Source: Clostridia bacterium (GTDB taxonomy: Bacteria; Bacillota; Clostridia; Christensenellales; QALW01). From it: 64,000 nt of DNA. Positions within the stretch are counted from its first letter, which is position 1, and each line of letters opens with the position of its first letter. The translations under genes were made by a program, and so were the position numbers. Positions 56,588-64,000 of the stretch are shown in pieces. The notes under the pieces were generated by a model. The model had not been told where the DNA came from. It worked only from the letters and a program-made list of their open reading frames with translations, and ran no database searches. The stretch covers positions 7,806 through 71,805 of the forward strand of contig JAZRZN010000080.1 of assembly GCA_045601365.1 (NCBI GenBank), given 5' to 3'.

Positions 56588-57696
56588 TCTGCGCACTGAT
56601 AGCCGCGGCAGGAAGCGGCACTCGCACGGGGCTTAAGGAAAACAAAATATTTTTTGAAATAGACGGTGTGCCGATAATAAAAATGTCCGTTGACGCTTTT
56701 TTGAAGCATAAAAGGGTCGATGCGGTCTGCGTCATCCATTCGGCGCACGACGAAGCAAAGCTTAAAAGTATACTCGGCGACAGCGTTTCATACGCCTTAG
56801 GCGGTGACACACGCAGTCAGTCGGTGTTCAACGGGCTGAAGAAGCTTATCGGCAGATACGAAACCGTGCTTGTGCATGACGGTGCGCGTCCGTTTACGGA
56901 TGCCGAAACAATAGACAACGTCATTGATGCCGTTTCGGAAAATATCGGAGCCGTGGCAGGCGTGAGAGTTACCGACACGGTAAAAGAGACCGACGGAAAT
57001 ATGCGCGTAATATCAACGCCCGAGCGTTCCCGGCTTTGGGCGGCACAGACGCCGCAGGGCTTCCGCACGCAGGAGCTGTACGACGCTTACGTTTTTGCAC
57101 AGGGCAAATCTTTTACCGACGATGCCGCCGTATTCGAATTTGCCGGCAAGCATGTCGTAATGGCCGAAAGCAAATATTCAAACAAAAAAATCACTACTGC
57201 GGAGGATATCAAAATGTCCGATACATATTTCAGCGGCATAGGCTACGATGTTCACCGTCTTGTCGCAAATCGTAAGCTTATACTCGGCGGCGTTGACATT
57301 CCGTATGAAAAAGGCTTGGACGGCCACTCGGATGCAGATGTGGTCATTCATGCAATAATGGATGCGATGCTTGGCGCGGCGGCGCTCGGCGACATCGGAC
57401 AGCACTTCCCCGATACAGATGAGCGCTATAAAGGAATATCGAGTATACTGTTGCTCAAGCATGTGACATCGCTTTTATACGAACGCGGCTTCAGGGTAGT
57501 AAATATCAGTGCGGTCATAGTCGCGCAGAAGCCGAAGCTGAAGGATCACATAGAGCAAATGAACAAAAACATCGCCGATGCCGTCGGTATAGCGGAGGGG
57601 CGTGTGAACGTTGCCGCCACCACGACCGAAAGGCTCGGCTTTGAGGGCAGAGAGGAGGGCATTTCCGCCACAGCGACGGTCATGCTCGTAAAATGA
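56584..57696 (+). CDS. ispDF: Bifunctional IspD/IspF (MEP pathway)
   Basis: AAGSG.R, HDGARP, QTPQ.F, TDD, KITT (IspD); GYDVH, GHSDADV..HA, DIG..FP, TTE.LGF.GR.EG (IspF). Confidence 0.93.
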   Translation: MICALIAAAGSGTRTGLKENKIFFEIDGVPIIKMSVDAFLKHKRVDAVCVIHSAHDEAKLKSILGDSVSYALGGDTRSQSVFNGLKKLIGRYETVLVHDGARPFTDAETIDNVIDAVSENIGAVAGVRVTDTVKETDGNMRVISTPERSRLWAAQTPQGFRTQELYDAYVFAQGKSFTDDAAVFEFAGKHVVMAESKYSNKKITTAEDIKMSDTYFSGIGYDVHRLVANRKLILGGVDIPYEKGLDGHSDADVVIHAIMDAMLGAAALGDIGQHFPDTDERYKGISSILLLKHVTSLLYERGFRVVNISAVIVAQKPKLKDHIEQMNKNIADAVGIAEGRVNVAATTTERLGFEGREEGISATATVMLVK

Positions 57697-59069
57697 AGGA
57701 AAAAAGTATTTACGTATGCTCGCAATGCGGGTACGAAACTTCAAAGTGGCTCGGCAAATGTCCGAGCTGTGACAGTTGGGGAACGCTTGAGGAGGAAGTC
57801 GTCAAGGTACAGCCGAAGTCCGCAAAAAAGGAGACCGCTTCAAGTGTTACCGCCAAGGAAGTCAAGCAATTAAAGGATGTCGAGACAGTCAGCTTCGAGC
57901 GCTTTCCGTCGGGAAGCAGTGAGCTTGACCGCGTAGTCGGCGGCGGAATAGTACCGGGAAGCATAATCCTGTGCGGCGGCGCACCCGGCATAGGCAAATC
58001 GACATTGCTTTTGCAAGTGTGCAATTATGTCGCGGAGACAAAGAACGTGCTGTACGTTTCCGCAGAGGAATCAGCTCACCAGATAAAGCTCCGTGCCGAC
58101 CGTCTCAACTGCCTTTCCGACAGAATATATTTGTACACAGAAACCGATATAGATGAGATCTGCTCCGTGCTTTCCGTGCAAAAGCCCGACATGGCGATAG
58201 TTGATTCCATACAGACAGTATATGCTCCGTATTTAAGCTCCGCGCCGGGAACGGTTTCGCAGGTGCGTGAATGTGCCTCACGCCTGATGCGCATCGCAAA
58301 GGAATACGGCATAACGGTATTTACCGTCGGTCATGTCACAAAAGAGGGCACGCTTGCAGGTCCTAAGGTTTTGGAACACATAGTCGATACCGTAATGTAT
58401 TTTGAGGGTGAACGCAATTCGGCATTCCGCGTACTGAGAGCTACAAAAAACCGTTTCGGCTCAACGAATGAGATAGGCGTTTTCGAGATGACCGAGGACG
58501 GAATGCTTGATGTGACCAATCCATCGGAAATATTTATGTCACAGCGTAACGAGCCCGTTGCAGGAACTGCCACGATGTGTTCGCTTGAAGGAACACGCCC
58601 GGTGATGGTCGAAATACAGTCGCTGACGGGTTCATCCGGCTTCAACAATCCGCGCCGCGTCGGAAGCGGTGTTGATTACAGTCGCATGGTAACATTGCTT
58701 GCCGTGCTTGAAAAACACTTGGGTTATCAGCTATATAATCAGGATGTTTACATCAGCATCGCCGGAGGGCTTCACATAGATGAGCCTGCCGCCGATCTGC
58801 CCATGCTCGCGGCGGTAGCATCGGCGTACAACAATGTACCGTTGCCGTTCGACACCGTATTTTTCGGTGAAGTCGGGTTGACGGGTGAGCTGCGCGCGAT
58901 AAACGGGTGCAAGCAACGCATTGAGGAATGCTTGCGGCTCGGCATCAAGCGTGTTATACTGCCCAAGGGCAATAAACGCAGTCTGCCTGTCTACGACGGC
59001 ATACAGCTTATTTTTGCGGATAACGTATTCACGGCGCTTGCCGCGGGTGCGATAAAGGAGAAAAAATGA
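57693..59069 (+). CDS. radA: DNA repair protein RadA/Sms
   Basis: C4 zinc finger, [20 protein letters not shown]. Confidence 0.96.
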   Translation: MKEKSIYVCSQCGYETSKWLGKCPSCDSWGTLEEEVVKVQPKSAKKETASSVTAKEVKQLKDVETVSFERFPSGSSELDRVVGGGIVPGSIILCGGAPGIGKSTLLLQVCNYVAETKNVLYVSAEESAHQIKLRADRLNCLSDRIYLYTETDIDEICSVLSVQKPDMAIVDSIQTVYAPYLSSAPGTVSQVRECASRLMRIAKEYGITVFTVGHVTKEGTLAGPKVLEHIVDTVMYFEGERNSAFRVLRATKNRFGSTNEIGVFEMTEDGMLDVTNPSEIFMSQRNEPVAGTATMCSLEGTRPVMVEIQSLTGSSGFNNPRRVGSGVDYSRMVTLLAVLEKHLGYQLYNQDVYISIAGGLHIDEPAADLPMLAAVASAYNNVPLPFDTVFFGEVGLTGELRAINGCKQRIEECLRLGIKRVILPKGNKRSLPVYDGIQLIFADNVFTALAAGAIKEKK

Positions 59070-60115
59070 AACGGGTATTACATATTTTGTTCGCCCCGAT
59101 AGGCGGCGCGATAGGCTATTGGATATGGCTTTTACTTGAGCTTGTTTTCAAAAAAGCCGACATCGTTTTGTGGGGCTGGGTGCTTGGAATAATAGAAATA
59201 TCCCTGATATCCGTCTTTGCGATCCTCGGATATTTTCTCGGTGCGCCATGCTCGGCGGCTATCTCACGCGGCATGTCCAAAATGTCAAAAAAAGCAAAGG
59301 AAATGTCCGCCCGTGAGCTGTTCATGGCTGTAGCGGGTTTAATGATCGGACTTGTATGCGCATTCCTGATAAGCCAGATATTCAACAAGTTAAGTAATGA
59401 ATTGTTTGTAACATGCATAAATGCGCTTATATACATATGTTGTGGTGCGCTCGGACTTCGCGTTGCACTGATGCGCAGAGATGATTATGAAATTCCCGTC
59501 AGCGCATCAAGCGCAGGCAGTTCACTGTATGCCGGCACAGTGCTTGATACAAGCATCCTCATTGACGGCAGGGCGTACGATATTTACAAAACGGGATTTT
59601 TATCAAGCCCGATATACATACCGAAATTCATACTTGATGAGCTTTCACATCTTGCGGATTCGGATGAGGAAAAGAAACGCACACGCGCACGGATGGGGCT
59701 TGACACAGTTAAAAAGCTCCAGGCAGAAAGCAATGTGGTGCTGAACAGCGATCCGTTTTCCGATATTGAAAATATTGATGATAAGCTTATCGCATTCGCA
59801 AAAAAATTCGGTGCGGCAATAATGACGAATGATTATTCGCTCAATATGGTCGCTTCCCTTCAGGGCGTTACGATACTTAACGTAAACGAGCTTGTGAACG
59901 CATTAAAGCCCACTGTCGTTGCGCGTGACGAGATCACTGTAGAGCTTACGCGCCCCGGCAAAACGCCCTCGCAGGGTGTCGGCTATCTTGACGACGGCAC
60001 GATGGTCGTTGTCGAGGATGCAAACGAGCGTGTCGGCAGTTTTGTTGACATCATCGTAACAAGCATGCTCCAGACCAACGCCGGAAAAATAATTTTCGGG
60101 AAAATAAAAGAATGA
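59066..60115 (+). CDS. yacL: Membrane PIN/TRAM domain protein
   Basis: 4 TM helices, LDTS.LIDGR, TND..L, QGVGYLDDGTMVVVE, QT.AG.IIF. Confidence 0.9.
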   Translation: MKRVLHILFAPIGGAIGYWIWLLLELVFKKADIVLWGWVLGIIEISLISVFAILGYFLGAPCSAAISRGMSKMSKKAKEMSARELFMAVAGLMIGLVCAFLISQIFNKLSNELFVTCINALIYICCGALGLRVALMRRDDYEIPVSASSAGSSLYAGTVLDTSILIDGRAYDIYKTGFLSSPIYIPKFILDELSHLADSDEEKKRTRARMGLDTVKKLQAESNVVLNSDPFSDIENIDDKLIAFAKKFGAAIMTNDYSLNMVASLQGVTILNVNELVNALKPTVVARDEITVELTRPGKTPSQGVGYLDDGTMVVVEDANERVGSFVDIIVTSMLQTNAGKIIFGKIKE

Positions 60116-60185
60116 TCCGTTTCAGGCAAACACTTTTCAGCTTGCGGATATTCACGGCACAAACAGATACGGAAAGGTAACATAA

Positions 60186-62075
60186 ATGACGGTCATCGAC
60201 ATAAACGGTCTTACGGTAGCGTTCGGCGAAAAAGAAATTTTCTCCGGCGTAACGCTGTCGGTACAAAAAGGACAGTGCATCGGTCTTACCGGCTTAAACG
60301 GTGCCGGCAAGACAACGCTCATGAAAGCGATCGCAGGCAAAACCGAATACACCTCCGGCAGTATTTCCATTGCAAAAGGCGTTTCGGTGGGCTATCTTGA
60401 ACAGCACCACACCGTTGACGGCAACAGCACTGTTTATGAGGAAGCAAAAAAAAGCTTTGCTCCTCTGTTTGCCGCCGAAGCACGCATGCACGGGCTTGAA
60501 CAGCTTATGGCACAGCCCGATGCGGATATCGTCACATTAGGTGAAAAATATCAGAATGCTCAGAACGAGTTTGATCATCTCGGCGGCTACGGCTGGAGCA
60601 GTCGCCTGCAAGGAACGCTCAAGGGGCTCGGACTGAACGAGAGTTTTTGGGATAAAAGCGCATATGAGCTTTCCGGCGGCGAAAAAACACGGCTTGCGCT
60701 TGCGAAAATGCTGCTTGAAAACAATGACGTGCTAATGCTTGACGAGCCTACCAACCACCTTGATCTTCAGGCGGCGCAGTGGCTTACCGATTACCTGAAG
60801 CGCTATACCGGCACTGTTATTTTGATCTCGCATGACCGCTATATGATGGACAAGCTTTGTGACGGCGTTGCAATGATAGATAACGGTAGGCTTCGCTATT
60901 ACAACGGCAATTATACCGAATACTGCATAAAATGGGAAGAGGAATTGAAAGCCAATCAGCGGCTTTACGATAAACAGCAGGACGAAATAAAGCGTCAGCG
61001 TGCGATAATAGCGCGATACCGCCGTTTCAACCGCGAAAAATCCATCCGTGCCGCCGAGAGCCGCGAAAAGGCACTTGCAAGGATGGAGCTTATCGACGAG
61101 CCGGAACAGCATACCGACATGCGTTTGCGCTTTGATATGAACCGCATTTCCGGCGGCGATGTGATGAAGATACATTCGCTTTCAAAGGGCTTTGACGGCA
61201 GAACACTGTTCAGCGATTTTTCGGCAGAGATAAGGCAGGGACAGCGCATAGCGATAATAGGTCCCAACGGTGCGGGCAAAACAACGCTTGTTGAAATGCT
61301 TCTGCGCAAGAGCTTCCCCGACAGCGGAGATATCGTCCGCGGCGTTAATGTCGATATCGGTTATTACGAGCAGGGACAGGTCTCTTTCGGCGGCAACGAG
61401 ACCGTCATGGATATGGTATGGGCAGGCAACCGCGATCTGACGCAGACTCAGGTGCGCTCGCGCTGTGCCGCGATGCTTTTTTTCGGTGAAGACGTTTTCA
61501 AGGAAGGCAAAATACTTTCCGGCGGCGAACGCGCAAGATGCGCGCTGTGTCAGCTTTCCGTCTCCGGCAGTAACACACTTGTTCTCGATGAGCCTACGAA
61601 CCATCTTGACATGGATTCGCGTGAAGTGCTTGAGGATGCACTCGAACGCTTCGAAGGCACTGTGATCGCAGTCTCACATGACCGCTATTTCATCAACCGT
61701 CTGTTTGATACCTTATGGATAGTCGAAAACGGATGCGTTACGGTTTTCAAGGGCAATTACGACGATTATCTTCTTACGCAAAAAAATGATTTTACCGAGG
61801 AAAAGCCCGTACAGATAAACAAAACCCAAGCGGCAAAGCAACGGGCGCAGGAGCGTGCCGCGCGCGAGGATGACAAAAAAAAGCGGGCGCGGATAAAAGA
61901 GCTTGAAAAGCTGATAAACGACGCGGATACAAAAAAAGAAGAATACGAAAAGCTTTTTGCGTCCGCGGAGCTGTATTCCGATCCCGAAAAAATGAGACGC
62001 ATGCAGGACGAATACAACGCGCTGTGCGTAAAAGCGGATGAATATATGGAAGAATGGATGGAATTATCCGTATGA
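60186..62075 (+). CDS. ABC-F family ribosome-associated ATPase
   Basis: Two NBDs (GLNGAGKT/LSGGE/LDEPTNHLD twice), no TM helix, C-terminal coiled coil. Confidence 0.92.
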   Translation: MTVIDINGLTVAFGEKEIFSGVTLSVQKGQCIGLTGLNGAGKTTLMKAIAGKTEYTSGSISIAKGVSVGYLEQHHTVDGNSTVYEEAKKSFAPLFAAEARMHGLEQLMAQPDADIVTLGEKYQNAQNEFDHLGGYGWSSRLQGTLKGLGLNESFWDKSAYELSGGEKTRLALAKMLLENNDVLMLDEPTNHLDLQAAQWLTDYLKRYTGTVILISHDRYMMDKLCDGVAMIDNGRLRYYNGNYTEYCIKWEEELKANQRLYDKQQDEIKRQRAIIARYRRFNREKSIRAAESREKALARMELIDEPEQHTDMRLRFDMNRISGGDVMKIHSLSKGFDGRTLFSDFSAEIRQGQRIAIIGPNGAGKTTLVEMLLRKSFPDSGDIVRGVNVDIGYYEQGQVSFGGNETVMDMVWAGNRDLTQTQVRSRCAAMLFFGEDVFKEGKILSGGERARCALCQLSVSGSNTLVLDEPTNHLDMDSREVLEDALERFEGTVIAVSHDRYFINRLFDTLWIVENGCVTVFKGNYDDYLLTQKNDFTEEKPVQINKTQAAKQRAQERAAREDDKKKRARIKELEKLINDADTKKEEYEKLFASAELYSDPEKMRRMQDEYNALCVKADEYMEEWMELSV

Positions 62076-62938
62076 CGGAAAAGCTTACGGGGCAAGAACT
62101 CAGAAAAATACTTGACGAATGCGGCTTCGGTTTTTCGAAGTCGCTCGGACAGAATTTCCTGTGCGATGAGCGCATTCTCAACATTATCGCCGACGATGCA
62201 TGTATTTCAGAAAATCAAACAGTGCTTGAAATAGGTACAGGTGCAGGCACGCTCACAAGGGTGCTTTCACGGCGTGCAAAAAAAGTAGTCAGTGTCGAAG
62301 TGGATAAATCGCTTTTGCCCGTTCACAAAAAAACGCTTGACGGCTTTGATAACGTCAAGGTGATAAATGCCGATTTTCTTGAATTGGATATAAACAGGCT
62401 TTACGAAGATGAGCTTGACGAAAACTTCGCTGTGGCGGCAAATCTGCCGTATTACATTACAACGCCGATAATAATGAGTTTGCTTGAAAGCGGAGTAAAA
62501 TTCAAAACGATAACCGTACTTGTTCAAAAGGAGGTCGCCGCACGCATGGCGGCACGCGAAAACACGCCCGAATACGGCGCATTGACATGCGCGGTACAAT
62601 TCTATACTACGGCGAAGCTCTGCTCAAAGATACCGGCATCGTGCTTCTACCCCGCTCCGAAGGTAGCATCACAAGTCATCAGGCTTGAAAAAAGAGCAAC
62701 ACCTGCAGTGGACGTTTTAAGCGAAAAGACATTTTTCGACACCGTACACTCGGCTTTTGCCATGCGACGCAAAACGCTTGCCAATAACATAATGGCATCA
62801 TTTTCTCTTGACAGAGCATCTGCCGAGGGTATAATAAATGCATGCGGACTTGAAAAGACCGTTCGCGGCGAAGCGCTCGGCTTAAAAGAGCTTGCACTTG
62901 TTGCGGATGAAATCTTCAAATTGCAGAATAATAAATAA
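62072..62938 (+). CDS. rsmA: 16S rRNA dimethyladenosine transferase
   Basis: KSLGQNFL, EIGTG.G.LT, ANLPYYITTP, QKEVA.R, RRKTL.N. Confidence 0.96.
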   Translation: MTEKLTGQELRKILDECGFGFSKSLGQNFLCDERILNIIADDACISENQTVLEIGTGAGTLTRVLSRRAKKVVSVEVDKSLLPVHKKTLDGFDNVKVINADFLELDINRLYEDELDENFAVAANLPYYITTPIIMSLLESGVKFKTITVLVQKEVAARMAARENTPEYGALTCAVQFYTTAKLCSKIPASCFYPAPKVASQVIRLEKRATPAVDVLSEKTFFDTVHSAFAMRRKTLANNIMASFSLDRASAEGIINACGLEKTVRGEALGLKELALVADEIFKLQNNK

Positions 62939-62953
62939 CGGAGAGTGAAAAGA

Positions 62954-64000
62954 ATGAGTGATGAAGTAAAGGAATTGAAAAAGAAGCTCTGCTATGCGCC
63001 GGAAAACGGTTTCAAGCGCATGAGCGAAGATGATATCAAGGCGGCATTTGATTTTTGCGAGCCGTACAAGAAATTTCTCGATGACGCCAAAACAGAGCGT
63101 GAAGCCGTGACCGCATCTATTGCCATCGCGGAGCAGAATGGCTTCAGGGAATACGAAAAAGGCAAAAAATATTCTGCCGGCGACAGATATTATGTAAACA
63201 ATCACGGCAAGGCGGCGGCGTTCGTCGTTATCGGCAAGCAGGATGCATCGGCAGGCGTTCACATCGCGGCGGCGCACATTGATTCACCGCGTCTCGACCT
63301 GAAGCCGAATCCCGTATATGAAGAAATAGAGCTTGCGCTTTTTAAGACACGCTATTACGGCGGTATCAAAAAATATCAGTGGACGGTAACTCCGCTTGCA
63401 TTGCATGGCGTATTTGTAAAAAAGGACGGTACCGTACTGAATGTTTCCATCGGTGAAGACGAAAACGATCCCTGCTTTGTGATAAGCGATCTTCTTCCCC
63501 ACTTGGGCTACGAGCAAGGCAAGCGTTCGCTGACAGACGGCATAAAGGGCGAGGAGCTTAACGTGCTGATCGGCAGTATGCCGTTCAAATCCGATGAGGG
63601 CAGTGAGCTTGTCAAGCTCAATATCCTCAACATTTTATTTGAAAAATACGGCGTGACCGAAGAGGATTTCCTTTCGGCTGAGCTTGAGGCAGTACCCGCG
63701 TTCAAGGCGCGCGACATCGGCTTTGACCGTTCGCTCATCGGTGCATACGGGCATGATGACAGAGTGTGCGCATATCCTTCGCTCATCGCCTGCACCGAAG
63801 TAGGCACGCCCGAGCATACCGCGATTTGCATTTTTGCCGACAAGGAAGAGATAGGCTCAAAGGGTTATACAGGACTTAATTCCGATTTCGTCAAGCATGT
63901 TGTCGATGACATCGCGCGGATGCAGGGTGTTGAACCCGACGACGTACTGAGAGCTTCCAAATGCCTTTCATCCGACGTCAACGCCGCAGTCGATCCCACA
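62954..64000 (+). CDS. M18 family aminopeptidase; 3' end runs off the window
   Basis: Not in the ORF track. Manual translation: KTERE, AHIDSPRLDLKP, HYYGGIKKYQW, GHDDRVC, DKEEIGS, SSDV. Confidence 0.9.
   Translation, partial: MSDEVKELKKKLCYAPENGFKRMSEDDIKAAFDFCEPYKKFLDDAKTEREAVTASIAIAEQNGFREYEKGKKYSAGDRYYVNNHGKAAAFVVIGKQDASAGVHIAAAHIDSPRLDLKPNPVYEEIELALFKTRYYGGIKKYQWTVTPLALHGVFVKKDGTVLNVSIGEDENDPCFVISDLLPHLGYEQGKRSLTDGIKGEELNVLIGSMPFKSDEGSELVKLNILNILFEKYGVTEEDFLSAELEAVPAFKARDIGFDRSLIGAYGHDDRVCAYPSLIACTEVGTPEHTAICIFADKEEIGSKGYTGLNSDFVKHVVDDIARMQGVEPDDVLRASKCLSSDVNAAVDPT

Overview
64 kb of chromosome from a spore-forming, anaerobic Clostridia-class bacterium (gene content suggests a gut/rumen lineage; taxonomy is inferred, not proven). 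Most of it is housekeeping: a split metH/metF locus, the dcw cluster (mraZ-rsmH-ftsL-PBP-murE-mraY-murD-ftsW-murA-ftsQ-ftsA-ftsZ, without murF/murG), a divergent class-B1 PBP operon, two tRNA-Ser genes, hprK-glucokinase-maf, and ispDF-radA-yacL-ABC-F-rsmA. Carbohydrate genes are interspersed (two GH36-type alpha-galactosidases, a decayed GH32, an MFS transporter). No CRISPR, integrase, transposase or reverse transcriptase is visible. The most interesting signals are: (1) an uncharacterised, short glycyl-radical enzyme with unusual ACWE/RIWGWS motifs, its activase and a Sip1 galactosidase; (2) a nested palindromic element present twice in opposite orientation (6350-6625, 18895-19166), with a third palindromic shell around the second copy; (3) a convergent AATGAAG-hairpin repeat array right behind tRNA-Ser; (4) an apparently inverted ~120 bp segment holding the true start of the LCP gene; (5) an AT-rich lipoprotein islet with a duplicated gene-end/RBS module and a clear repressor operator; (6) two genes with clean internal deletions and an intact but catalytically degenerate ATP-grasp protein. 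All calls come from motif recognition by eye; no database searches were run.
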